Shown: in pieces, positions 38,801-51,439 of the stretch
How positions within the stretch are numbered: the first letter of the stretch is position 1
Layout: every line of letters begins with the position of its first letter
Notes under the pieces: model-generated
Databases searched by the model: none
The model's input: only the letters and a program-made list of their open reading frames with translations
What the model was told of the DNA's origin: nothing
NCBI GenBank assembly: GCA_008632985.1
Contig: QPGO01000029.1
Coordinates: forward strand, 62,001-126,000
Reading direction: 5' to 3'
Length of the DNA: 64,000 nucleotides
Origin: Psammoneis japonica
Taxonomy: Eukaryota
Program-made: the position numbers and the translations under genes

Positions 38801-41019
38801 CCATTTGGTGAGTCCAGTCAACCTGATTCTTGGGTGAGCTTCTTTTGAGGGCACATTTTCTTGTTTGTGCCACAATGGACTGCTTGTCGTCACCTCCATT
38901 GACTGAATTTTCTCTGAGTGATGGTGTCATTGACTTCCCAGCAACCCATCTTGATTGGAAGAAACAAGTTTTTCTGTGTCCTTGCAAGTGCTTCTCAGGT
39001 CACTGGGGCTGTGTTTTGTGAAGAAAGTTGACATCTGGGTTGCACACAGGGGAATCTTCTCTCATTTTGCTGAGCCAGCATGTGGTCTGCTCTTTTTGGC
39101 TCTCTTGATCCAAAGTTGTCCTCAGAGGTTGGGAAAGACTTGCTCATGTGGACTCCTTGCTGCTGTGGTGCCATCTTCTCATGTCAGATGCCTGCTGGAC
39201 TTGGACACTCAACATGTGTGGCTCTGCTGCTTTAGTCTTGGTGTCCCTTTGTGGGCCATGCAATCAAACAGACATTGGCGCTGATGAGGACAAGGTGGGC
39301 AGGTGTGTTCTGTGTTGCACGGCATTTGCATGATCTGTTCACTGGCAACTTGTCACAGACAATGAGATTGGCTCAGCTCCCCTCCCCAAAAATGGAAATG
39401 ATTGTCATTGCAGAAGTGTCAAGAGCCTTGTGGGCACAGCCATCTCAGGCTTTGTGGCTGAAGCAGTGGCAAGTCTCACCAAAAGATCAGAGATCCATTG
39501 CCTGTGCAATTGATGGCATGAAATGAATCAAACGCAAAGTTCTGAGTTGCTGCCAGCTGTGCCCTCACCCACATTAAAAACTTCTTGATGTGAGGATTCT
39601 TGACCATGCCCTGCACTCAATGCAGCACAAAACACTCAGACCATCAATTGCAGTGAAGGAATTGCAGGGGCTGTGGATTTGGAAATCAGGTTAATTGGGA
39701 GCAAATGGCTGTGCAGCAGATGCTGCAAATGATTTGGCTGAAAGGAGCTGCACTGTTGACAAGAAAACAACAGACAGAAGAGCTGCCAGTTGGAAGCCCC
39801 GCTCCACTCCATTCCACACATGAACAGCAGCAGCTGCCCATTGTTCTGATGAAAACTTTGAAATCAGTCCCCTGTGCAGTCTAAAAAGAACAATCTGGTC
39901 ATGGGAGGCAAGTCAATTGGAAATTTTCATGTCAAGAAAAGAGTGGGTGTTTTTTAAGGCCAAGTTGCAGCCACACCTTTCTTGCAAGCCCCTGAGCAAC
40001 TTTGCAAAAGTGCAAGCAAGCAAGCTGAGAATTTCTGGACATTTTGTCATGATGTTCTGCCTTGTCTCTCCAGTCATGGTGGCCAAGCTGTGCACAAAGG
40101 TGTCCAAGCAAGCGTTGGTGTCAAGAGTGCACAAGAGGGACATGAAACACATTTGTGGTTCCATGTCAGACATGAGCGTTGTTGCTGGCGGGACCTTTCT
40201 CACAGCAGCGCTGAAGTTTGAAGGCTTTGCCAACAAGCAGTGCCCTCCAGCAGGGGATGCAGTTGCACCATGCTGAGAGGATGTTTTTGGCTTTGTCCAG
40301 AGGTGTGAAACTCTGTGAAATGCATCACCTCAGGGTCATTTGTGAAGGGAGCTGTGGGTCAAGGCATGCAGCACCCTCTTTTTGCTGGTGCCATCATGCC
40401 CAACTTGTGTCCAAACAGCATGCAAAGCTGCCACCCACCCAGAAAATGAGAGCATTTCTAAATCCAGTCCAGCATCCTCCACACTCCTGTTTGCTTGCAA
40501 CTCAATTGTGAGAGCCTTGCTGGAAAAATGATGAGATGAGTGCCATTGCAAGGTCCAGAGTCCAGAACAAATTGCAGCAAAGCCAAGAGCTTGCAGCACA
40601 AAGGAGCCATGGTGACAGTGCATTTGAACATGCCACAGATGAGCCACTGTGAAAAAAGGCAGAGTGAGGAAGACATCAAAAAATCTCAAGCTTGTTCCAA
40701 GAAAACCTCAGACAATTGTTTCTTGCTGTCTTGGCAGGACCCATGTTCTCTTCATTCTTTGCTTCATTGTCAAATTGCAGAGCTCTGCTGCTGCACTGCT
40801 GGCCAAAAACACCACATCTGGTGGAAGGCATTTTGCAAAAGCAACTCACTGTGGCAGCGGCTGAGAAAAAGCTGCGCAAGATGAAATCAATGCCATTGAC
40901 TGTTTCTGCATTTGCTGCAGTTTGTGGATGAGCAAGGCATGGGTCAGACAGAGCTGTGGTGAAGAAGCCAAGGTCATGGCAGTGGCATCAAAGGCAGCAA
41001 GAAGTGGCCAGCATTGTCC

Positions 41020-41825
41020 CCGAACCATGGTCTTGCTGCAGCAGCAATGCACAATGTGGTTGTTTTGTCAGTCAATTTTTCAACAGCAAGCTGCATCCAA
41101 AAACCATGGCAAATGTGCAGCAGCGAGCAATGTTGTCATTGTTTTTGTGCATGGTTGTCTTTGCATGTGTGCAGACACATGTCTGCCAATGGACTTTGCA
41201 GCCACCTGTGAGTCTCAACAAAAAAACTTGACAGACATGCAGCAATGAGCAATGTGCTTGTTTTTGTTGTGCATGGTTGTCTTTGTGTGTGCATGCACAT
41301 GTCCACCAGTGGACTTTGCACCAGCAAGCCACATCCAAAACCATGGCAGATGTGCAGCAGTGGGCAATGCTGTCATTGTTTTTGTGTGTGGTTGTCTTTG
41401 TGTGCACAGACACATGTCTGCCAATGGACTTTGCACCAGCAAGTTGCACCCCAAACAACGTGGCGGACATGCAGCAATGAGCAACACAGTTGGTTTTGTG
41501 CATTGTTGTCTTTGTGCATGCAAACACATGTCTGCCCATGGACTTTGCACTGGCAAACCACATCCAAAAAGCCATGGCAGACATGCAGCAATTGGCAATG
41601 TGGCTGTTTTTGTGCATGGTTGTCTTTGTGTGTGCAGACACACATCTTCCAATGAACTTTGCACTGGCAAGCCACATCAAGAAAACCATGGCAGACATGC
41701 AACAATGTGCGGTGTAGTTGTTTTTGTGCATGGTTGTCTTTGTGTGTGCAAGCACATGTCTGCCGGTGGACTTTGCACCAGCAAACCACATCCAGAAATC
41801 ATGGCAGACATGGCCATGTTTTGTA
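41020..41825. repeat. Tandem array, ~6-7 copies of a ~115-120 bp unit
   Basis: Unit approximately 'aaccatggcagacatgcagcaat..gtttttgtgcatggttgtctttgtgtgtgcagacacatgtctgccaatggactttgcaccagcaagccacatccaa', recurring near 41101, 41225, 41339, 41457, 41570, 41684 and 41797. Confidence 0.95.
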
Positions 41826-44065
41826 GATGTGTTTTGAGCAATTGTTTTCTTTCCAGCAGTTGTGATGCTGCTTTGGGAAACATGGTTGTGAATGGAGCCA
41901 TCTTGTGGTCCCTTGCCAAATGAAGACATGCTGCAGACTGTTTTTCTGTGCCCTTTTGTCAAACACACTGGTGCTGGGCTTGAGGTCATTCTTTGGAGAC
42001 CAGTGTGTGTTTGCGGTGTTGACGGCAGCAGCAACTGAAGTGGTGAGTGAGAAATTGTGCCAGCACCATCATGACCAGTCAAAAATTCCTTCAGTTGGTG
42101 CAACAGCGATTGATGTGGGAGCCACCAACATTGGCACCTGACTTGTTCCAGACTTGGGTGGTGCGCACATGCCCCTTTTTGCAAAAACAACAAACAAATG
42201 TTTTGCACTTTGTCAAACACTGCACACATTTTATTGGATTGATCACATTGGTGGCTGAAAAGCAAAATGAACAGAATAAATTCAAACAAACAAACAAACA
42301 AACAAACAGCCAAACCGGCCATGGCTTTCAGCAACCACGATGGCCCACTTTCTTCAGCCTTGTGGAAAATTTGATGTCATGACAAGGACAGCCGCATTTG
42401 ATGCAGTCTGTGGCATCAACAACAACAGTGAAAATGCTTGTCACAGGCTGCAGCACTGCACAACAAGACCAAATCTGTCAGCACCAACAATTGAGCCTCA
42501 ATTCACTCACAATTTGCCTCTGAGGACCATTTCTTTTCCAGCACCATGCACATGATTTCCTCCATTCCATTGACGGATTCAAGTGCATCAGTTGTTTGTG
42601 CCCTTTGAAGAGTGAAAAATGGTCCAAAGATGACGCCATTGCGTGGGCTGAGCTTCACTTCTTCTTGCATCTTCCGAAACTTGTTGACAAACAAATGTTT
42701 TGTTCAATCCGTTGAGAGCAACCTTGCATGGGCGCATTGAGACAAAACATTGATTGTGTCATGTCAAAGAGTTTGTTCATGTGCAAAAATGACAATTTAC
42801 ATTGTTCCACACACATTCAGACACTTGCAAATCGCTCATTGGAAACCAAGCTCTGCCTCATCTTGCAGCGCAATTCAGCCAATGACAAGTTGGTCCATCC
42901 ACAGTTTTGGATGCATGGTTGCATGCACAAAACCTTTCTGTGTGCACCCATGACAGTGCATTTGAAAATTGGTGTGTTTCAACTGTTGAAAATGGTGCCG
43001 CAAGTGTGGACCATGCGTTTCATGTGAAAAGGGGCATTTTTTTTGTGCATGAGCACACCCAAGTCTGGAACAAGTCATCTTTTCTCTGCAGGCTGCCAAC
43101 TGCTGCTGCCAGCTCAAGGGTGGCATGATTTGCCATTCACCCATTGAACCAAGTCACAACATGTGCAAGCTTCTTGAGACAAATGCTGATGGGCTGTGTC
43201 AGCGGAGGCAGTTTCTGGGAATGGCGCAGTCACGGACAAGCTGGCCATGCATTTGACCCAACAACCAGATCAACATTTGACAGCACATCTCCTCTCATGT
43301 CACTGGAAAATGTCACCCACAGATTGTGACAGCACTCTCCCATGGATTTTGGAGATCCACAAAATCCGAGACAATGGGGCTGCAACAAAAATCCAATTTT
43401 GGTCATGGCCAAAGCCCAAAATGGCTGGCTGTCACCCATTGCGCAACAGCCACAACCCATGCATCATTGGCTGCACCCCACACACAGTGCCAGCCATGAC
43501 CCATTGCAGGTCAGGTGTTTGGTTGTCATTTTTGCCCAATGTTCCCTCCTGTGAGCATGCAGCCCATGTGCGCAACTCTGCAATCCGTGAGTGGCAGCTT
43601 GTGCTCTCATTGCATGCCTTGGCTGTTTTGGACACACGGTGTGAAACAGTGTGTAAATGTTTTTGGTGTTTTGTTTCTAACAGCATTGTTTTGCACATTG
43701 GAGACAACTTGGTGACCAAACATGTTGTGCCTTCACCCCCCAAAACTCTTGTCAACCCCTTCATCTCCACACTTCTTGCACGGGGCACTGCATGATCTGA
43801 GCACAAGTCACGAGATTGCCTCCACTGATTCTCTTGCAATTGACACAGAGCAACATGAGCCCAAGGCATTGCCAGGCATTGCCAACAATGATTGTCTGAG
43901 GTTTGAAACTGTGCCATCAAGAAAGAGGCCAACCACACTGCCATTTGAGAGCTGCTGCTTGAAAAACACCATTTGTGGAGGAGTTGGCTGCAAGAGGCTG
44001 ATGTGTTGTTGAAGCCGTGCCTTTTGAGCCAATGCACAAAACATCTGGTGCAAGACAAAAAACTT

Positions 44066-44320
44066 GTCATGGTCATCTTGGACATGGCCTTGAAGCTGTC
44101 CAACAAACAACGACATTGCCAAAGTGAGCTTGACAGCATTGAGCGACAATGGGCGGATGCTCAAGTCAGACAGGCGGCTGGGCAAGAAAACGCATCTGTC
44201 ATGGTCATCTCAGATGTGGCCTTGTTCCTGTCCAACAAGCAACAACATTGTCAAACCGAGCTTGACAGCATCAAGCTGCAATGGGCGGATGCTCAAGTTG
44301 GACAGTCGGCTGGGCAAGAG
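44066..44320 (+). repeat. ~130 bp tandem duplication, probably a relic helical coding repeat
   Basis: Translates as 'VMVILDMALKLSNKQRHCQSELDSIERQWADAQVRQAAGQE' and 'VMVISDVALFLSNKQQHCQTELDSIKLQWADAQVGQSAGQE'. Confidence 0.85.
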
Positions 44321-44717
44321 AGCTTGTCTGCTTCCATGTTGAGAACCCCACAATGTGGGAGAATTGGCAGCAAACAGCAAACAGCATGGCATTCAAAAAG
44401 CAAGCAAGGCGCTGAACAGTGGGTGAACTAATCAGCCCTGCCATGCCAGCCATTGGACATGCGACTCTCATGCATTCCCCCCTTCTAGAGAGCCATGCAA
44501 CCAAACGGATGGCGTGTGTTCAAATTAGATGGACACTGCACGAATTTATAGAGTTAAAAATCAACACAAATTTGCTTTGTTACACTCATAACCAGCTGCA
44601 CAAGAAACCCAAACCTGGAAAATAAATCATAATATGCAACATGGCAAAAAGCCTGATTGAAAGGAATCGTTGTCTGGACCCATTCAGCAAAAATTCGCGT
44701 TTTGCTGAAACGTGAAA

Positions 44718-47700
44718 TTAAACACTGTCTTGTATGTCACCCTCCTCGTCAGTCTCCACTTGCTCTAGGTTTTTTGCAAGCAGGCGCTGCTGCGGGGCAA
44801 GACCGGGACTGTTTTCAATGGACGTGCGATCGAACAAATTGTTCAAGCGTTGCGCTGAATTTTTCAAAGGACATTCATTCCTGTTCAACGCGCGAAATAC
44901 TCTGAACTGTTGAGAGAAATCTCTGTTCTCCCACGCGTCAACAAAATCTGCAATAACCTGGGATGGTGAAAGTGGGTACGAAACGCCACTGTTTGCAGCG
45001 TTCAAAAGAGCCGCAACTGCGTGACGCCCGAGTCGTTTTTTGCGATTACGACCTTTTCGTCTCAAGACTTGCAAAAGTGTTTTTCCACGAAAGGCGTTGA
45101 TGCCAAACGCCTCCTCGAACAGAGTGTCCCTGCTGTATAACAACCAATCGCCAAAATTTTTGTTTCGACGCCAGAAAAGAGGACGGCAACCATGCTCCAC
45201 GCCACTTACACTGAAACTGCTCGGGGCGCTGCTCGGGGCGCCACTTGGGGCGGCGCTGCTTGAAGCGGCATTAAAAGTACTGGGGGCGCTACTTGGAGCG
45301 CTACTCGGGGCGGCACTGGGGGCGGTACTCGGGGCGGTGCTTGGAGCGCTGCTCGGGGCGGTGCTCGGGGGATTAGTCACCTCGCACTCATCCGGAACGC
45401 CGTTCGAATTCTCGTCGAGCGATGTTCCATTGGCGATGTCTTCTTCATCGGAGACTCCATTCGAGTTGCAATCAAAATCGCACTCATCGGGGATTCCGTT
45501 ATTGTTGAAATCAAAAGAGTTTCCTGTTGCAATATCGACATCGTCTGGTACACTGTTGTTGTTGCAATCGGGATCGCATTCGTCGGGTACTAAGTTCGCA
45601 TTTATGTCCAAGCTAGCCCCAGACGCAATGTCACATGAATCAATGGAACCGTTTCCATTGCAGTCAATTGACGCGTCGTCTGCAATTTCGCAGCTATCGA
45701 CAATGCCGTTCGAATTGCAGTCCACTTCGCACTCGTCAGGAATTCCGTTAGTGTTGCAGTCGTTTGAAGTGCCGTTTGCAACATCTTCATCGTCAGGAAC
45801 ACCGTTGCTATTGCAATCTTCGAATGCGGCAACCAGAAGGCTGGCAAAGGAATTGAAAAGTTCAGCACCCACAATGGTACACGTGATGCCGTGGATGCCT
45901 TCTCCGACGACTGAGAAAGCTTGAGTCTTCGAAATGGATGTTCCTGAAGCCACGGTCCCCAAGTCAAACTCCAAGAAAGTAGTGCCGCCATCAAAGGCGA
46001 TCATATCAGAAGTTGCGAGGTACATCTTGACGTCTGTGTATGAGTTGGGCAAGGCATTATCGAATGTGCATGTAACAGAGCTGGCTTCGCCAATTGACAA
46101 GTCGGAGCCGCTTTCAACCTCCAGGACGGGAGTGGCAGGAATTAACACAGTTGGGATCGTGTCCGCTTCAAAGAACGATTCTAACTCGCCATTGTCCAAC
46201 CAAGTTGCTGCAACGGAAAAAGAAGTTTCAATCACGTCCGTGGCACCAAGAATTGACACATAGTTTGCTAAGGGGACGTTCAACTCAATCACTACAACTT
46301 CACCGGGAGAGATGACTCGGTTCTCGTCGGAGATGGCAAGACTGCCAAGTTCGCTTCCGTCATACGTGATCCCATTGCAGTTCATCACGATTCGAGCGTT
46401 CAATACAAACGGGCCTTCGTTTGATAACTCTGCAGAAAGAATAATGCTGTCACTTACAGCAATTTCTGCGGGGGCAACAAAATCCACCACGGCTGAGGCG
46501 TTATTGACCAGCCGACGACGATTGGTTTCTGGAGTTTTGTAGGACGATGTGACGTCGTTTCTTCCGTCGCTCCCAGGTTCCTTGGTGGAAATGTCGCGGC
46601 CAACCATTGTAGTGTCCAATTTTCGCGGCACCAACATACCAGACTCGTTTTCCGTCAAATGCAGCACGTCAGCATCGACTTCTGTTGAGACAAAGTCCAC
46701 GTCGAAATCGCCTCCGCTTCTGGCCTTGATGGCGGCGTGTGGGGCCGGTCCAATCTTGTAGGTCGCGTCTACGGCATTCCAAGCGTCGTTGATTCGGCAA
46801 TCGTTCCACACGTGATAGTTCCTTTTATGGTTTCCGAGCGAGCAGAACAATGAACGAATTTGTGAGCATACTAAAAATCGTGAATTCCGCTTCTCGAATG
46901 ACCCAAGTAACTTTCAAGAAACGTACCAAATACTAGGTCTTCGGATAAGATATCCAGCAAAATTATAATGGTATTCAACGGTGAAATCAAATTTATTGCT
47001 GTCGTCGTCATAAGCGGATGCGTAGTTTGTAACTGGACGAGATGGGATGCCCACGCCGCGCAACAAGGAGTTCAACAGCCCTGCAAACACCCAACATTGC
47101 GCATATTTGACGGTCGAAAAACCGGACGAAACGTATTGGTCGAAAATTTCGTTACTTCCACTCCAGATCCACGGAAATTTACCTCCGGCGTAAAAGCCCG
47201 GCAAGTCGTCTGTGTCGTCATTACTGTGCCAACGCCCTTCCATCATGTCTCCTGCTCCCTTGGAAAAAAGCTGAGAAATACTTTTCGCAGAAGACCGTTT
47301 TGCCGAGCTTTGACCATCTAGGAGCTTCAATATCGACTTGATTGCATTCTCGGTGAACTGCGCGAAGCGCCATTCTTTCGGAGCGCTTATTTGCGTTTGC
47401 CAAATCTTGCCATTCTCTTCCATTACGTACTCATTGCGCAGACTGTCTTGGGCGACGTAAACCTCGTCTGTGCTTGAAAACGGGTTGAACAATAGAACAA
47501 TCTTGTTGGGAAAAGTCTCTTCATCAGCGGCTTCGCCGACGCCGCGATCTTTAACGATCACTTTGAACTCCTCGTACTCTCCAATTGCGGCATTGGGTGG
47601 AATATTGATTTCCATCTCGACCGCCTTGGAGCCGTCGGCGTTCTCTTGCAACGAAGAGGTTCTAGCAGACCATTGATCGGGAGGAACCGGCCCAACACTA

Positions 47701-48674
47701 TCACTAAGAATGTCAATGACGGTCTCGGCTCCGTCGAAAAGGTGGCGGGCTTGAAACTTGATTTCATGGCAGGTAGGGCCGTACTCTTTGGAAAGACGGA
47801 GCTTGACTTTGAACGTTGTGGCACGGCGCAGAGCAAAGTAATTTGCGATCTTGTTTGTGTTGTGGTCCTTCTTGTTGTCGTCCTCAAGCGTGTCAAGCAG
47901 AATGATCACGTCTTCGTCCAGACCTCCAATCTTTAAAGAGTAATCACTCAAAGCACCTATGCCTCCAGTGACAAAGAACGTGCCGGGCTCGAATCCGTCA
48001 CAAGCAGCACCTTGCCAATAGTCGATTGAAACGTATTTCGGCCCATTAAGCTCGGGACCAAAGGGGGATGCATCGCCCGTGCCAGAATAGAACTGGAGTT
48101 TGGCGTTTCGGCGGACGTACAAGCCGTCGAAGCTTCCGACGCCGAGGGCCGCCAATGGATAGGCGAACGCCGTGCCCGATCCTTCCTGGAACTAAGGAAA
48201 GAGGACGTTAAAAACAAAGAACAATATGTCAATTGTACATTCAACATGCCATCTTGCGCGCAAAATTGTTGAGCTGCGATCACCACGTACCTTCCAGAAC
48301 CTGTTGTCCGTGTAGCAAGGGTTAAACGGACGGTCTTTTGTATTACGGAGATGACGAGCAGAACAGTAAAGTGAGTCGGTGCGCACGTCGAAATGAAAAG
48401 ACGACCCCGCCAAAAGGCTTCATAACACACCATACCATTCTTCGGCTACACAGGGTTCCGACGCGATGCACAGGCTCTGGCGGAGGATGCGATCCGACGA
48501 AGCCACTATCCAGTCTGGGTCGTCCACCGTGGTCTGGACGAGGCCACACGCTCCAAGGTTCGCGACGCCCGCATTTTCGGTCTCTGCTTTGGGGTCGTAG
48601 GGAGACAGTTGCGCGTCGGAACAGCGACAAAACAACGCCAACAAGGCTGGCAGTGAGTAAAACTTGAACATCAT
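44718..48674 (-). CDS. Secreted transglutaminase (animal TGM/F13A-type core) fused to DCNxNGxPD repeats, a PSxA linker and a C-terminal domain; 4 exons
   Basis: Signal peptide; 'IVLLFNPF', 'LRNEYVMEENGKI', 'WRFAQF'; catalytic 'KYAQCWVFAGLLNSLLRGVGIPSRPVTNY'. Removing intron 46822-46926 gives 'SIWNYHVWND..WNAVDAT', completing a Cys-His-Asp triad. Two beta-barrel-like regions follow, then the repeats. Confidence 0.9.
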
Positions 48675-48729
48675 AGTGTGTTCAAAATGTTGGAATCGCT
48701 TTCTATACGACCGCAACAACAACCTCCTT

Positions 48730-51152
48730 TACACACGTCTTCAGAGGGTTCGGATTGGGACCACTGTAAAGGTGGTACGAGGGAAAAAATGGCGGGAAAA
48801 TTTTCTGGCAGGATTTCTACACGTTTCTACACAAATCGATGGTCTCACTTCGATCTCTCCCGATCAGAATGCTGCTTTGCCTTCAACCAAGTGTCCTTCA
48901 CTGCTGTATATAGATAAAGTGTACTTAATCGACAGATTTAACGTTTGTTCCTTACGATAATACGGTGATAGTAACGGAATTGTCCAGGTATATGAAATGG
49001 TAAGAATTTTTGTCTTGGAAGTGCTCTTATAGCCCACAATTTGCCCAATAATCATAAGTGAAATGAAGAAGAGGCAATAAATAAATGTAATGAGTAATTA
49101 TTGCTCGACACAATCATGTGGTTCGTCAACAACAGCATGATGTGCTTTTCCATTCACTCTTCATTGAATGAGAAAGAGGTCAACACGCTGCCGACTATTC
49201 GAGAGCCACTGCTACTTGAAAAACACCATTATTTCCTTGTCGAGGAAAAGAAGGACCAACATGAACCATTGGAAGGTGCTCCTTGTTTGGGGTTTGCGCA
49301 TGTGCAAGATGGACCAGTTGACGGGCGGGTCCGTTGTCAGCTGTGGTTCTTTCTTGTGTGCTCGTGTGTCTTGTGCTTCACGCAGCAGAGATGAACGATT
49401 CAATGTTTTTGCACTTCCCTTCATTTGCACTTTCTCTGGCTGCAGAAACTGACATTGTCACGACAATCCTTGTGCTCCGAGATCTTGGGTTCCGCCCAGA
49501 ACTCCTTTTTTGTTTGCTTTGAGCTGCCGGCAGTCTGTCCTTGACTGCTTGAATTAGATGCAATTAACAAAAACAAGTTGCAAGCATCACTTTCACGTGA
49601 GCCATCAAAAAGAAGTTAATCTGACGCACCGGTGCAGCAGGCTGCAATGTCTGTGCAGTCATTTGCTGGGAGCCTTTTTGCAAAAAGCAGCGATCGCGAC
49701 ATGCAGCGACAAATTGCACGAATGCTTTGCTGTCTTTGCGGTGAGGGTGGATTTAAAAAAGTCTGGTTTTGTTTGTTTGTGCACTGCCCCCTGAAGGCAC
49801 AAATTGGCCCTGAATGTCTCCAGGGCAGCACGCGTCAAAGACCACATGTGAAAGGGCTTCCTCCAGGCGCTCCAGGGAGGGGGCCCAAAACACCAAATCT
49901 GTTCACACACATCTTCAGAGGGTTCAGATTGTGACCCACTCTCACCCATCACGGAGAGCGACAGCCATCACCAACTGCACCTGCCACGGATGCAGTCGAT
50001 GCAAGGGGCACAAGGTAAAAAAATGGCGGGAAAATTTCTGGTGGGATTTCTGCACGTTTCTACACAAATCGATGGTCTCACTTCGATCTCTCCCAGAATG
50101 CTGCTTTGCCTTCATGCTGCTTTCCTACAGCACTGGAAAGAAACTGAAAAGATTCAACATTTGTTCCTTACGATGATGGCATGATAGCAAAGGAATTGTC
50201 CAGGCATTTAAAATGTTTAAGTGTTTTTGTCTTGGAAGTGATCTCATGGCCCAGCCATTGCCCAATCCCAAGTGAAATGAAGAAGAGGCGACAAATGAAA
50301 TGATTGTTGCTTGACACACGCATCGATTGTGCCCAACGCTGTCAGGTGTTCCGCAGCACAGTGGCACGTGCTTTCCCTTTCCCATGCACTCTTCATTGAG
50401 CGAGAAAGATGAGGTCACCATGCTTCATTCGAGAGCCACTCTAGAGACTGCCGGCACTTGAAAAACACCATTGTCTCCTTGTCAAGGAAAAGAAGGACCA
50501 ACGGTTGGAAGGTGCTCCTCGTTTGGGGTTTGCAAGTGACTGGGATGAACCAGTTGTGACGGGTTTGTTGTCAACAAACCGTTGTTCGTTCTTGTGTGCT
50601 CGTGTGCCTTGTGCGCAAGCAACAGATGAACGATTTTCAATTTTCAATGTTTTTGCACTTCCCTTCATTTGCGCTTTCCCTAGCTACAGAGACTGACACT
50701 GTCATGATCTTCCTTGTACTCCAAGACCTTGGGTTAAGCCCGAAACTCCTTTTGTTCACTTTTGAGCTACCCACACCGGTAGCTAGCTATCTTAGATATG
50801 ACGTCTGTCCTTGACCGCTTGAATTAGATGCAATCAACAGAAGTAAGTTGTCTGCATCACTTTCCCATCGAAAAGAAGTCAACCTGACGTACGGTAGGCT
50901 ACAGTGTTTGTACAGTCGTTTGGGAGTCTTTTTGCAAAAAGCAGCGGTCCCGATGTATAATAACAAATTGCACGAAAGCTTTCTTTGCGGCGAGGGTGGA
51001 TTTGAAAAAATCCGGTTTTGTTTGTTTGTGCACAGCCCCCCAAAGGCAAAAATTAAATGTCGCCAGGGCAGAATGCGACAAAGACCACATGCGAAAGGGC
51101 CTCCTTTAGGCGTTCCAGGGAGGGCGCCCGAAATACCCGATCGAACATCTTC
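48730..51152. repeat. Diverged ~1.2 kb tandem duplication (copy 1 ~48730-49904, copy 2 ~49905-51152)
   Basis: Collinear anchors in both copies: 'tcttcagagggttc', 'aaaaaatggcgggaaaattt', 'cacgtttctacacaaatcgatggtctcacttcgatctctccc', 'gagagccact', 'gcttgaattagatgcaat', 'aagaccacatg.gaaaggg'. Confidence 0.95.
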
Positions 51153-51439
51153 AGGTCGACGTCGTTCCACCGAAGGTGAAGCGACTTTCCAAAGCACTGC
51201 GAGCAGTCGGAAGTCCCGTCATCCAAATCTTCCACTTGTTCGTCCCAATCTTGAAACGCCATGTCGGTATCTTCTGTAATGTAATCGCCATTCTTGACGG
51301 TGAGATTCTCGTCGATCACGAGAAAGACCCCGGTTGTCGTTTCGCGTACTTCGATCCAGCGGTCTTGCGAGGGCGACTCATCATCCGCGCGACGAGAAAG
51401 CTTGTCAACCTGAACAGAGATGCGATGCGTGTCGCTCAT
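50800..51439 (-). pseudogene. Disrupted hypothetical gene, divergent from NOL10, running into the duplicated segment
   Basis: Coding-like 128-aa ORF (51439-51053). The frame continues past the stop ('GDI*FLPLGG..RAICYYTSGPLLFAKRLP'), and a more decayed homolog lies in copy 1. Confidence 0.4.

Larger units (their letters stand above)
36720..44560. other. Large TpA/CpG-depleted degenerate block (transposon/gene relics, family not identified)
   Basis: About 8 kb nearly devoid of TA and CG. Many overlapping Cys/His-rich, Tyr-poor spurious ORFs. Internal tandem repeats. Confidence 0.75.

Noticed and set aside
36720..40900. Assignment to a specific transposase family (MULE/hAT)
   Set aside because: No catalytic motif or terminal repeats could be identified by eye.
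41020..41825. CRISPR array
   Set aside because: Whole units are homologous with no unique spacers, there are no cas genes, and the context is eukaryotic.
41072..42334. 420-aa Cys/His-rich repeat ORF (and the many overlapping C/H-rich ORFs in 1-9.7k, 18.4-20.2k and 36.7-44.6k) as metal-binding proteins
   Set aside because: Loss of TA removes TAA/TAG stops on both strands and turns Tyr into Cys/His, so long overlapping ORFs arise in all frames. These are compositional artefacts.
45040..45924. 294-aa + strand ORF with LGA repeats
   Set aside because: Antisense shadow of the PSxA and DCNxNG repeats of the transglutaminase gene.
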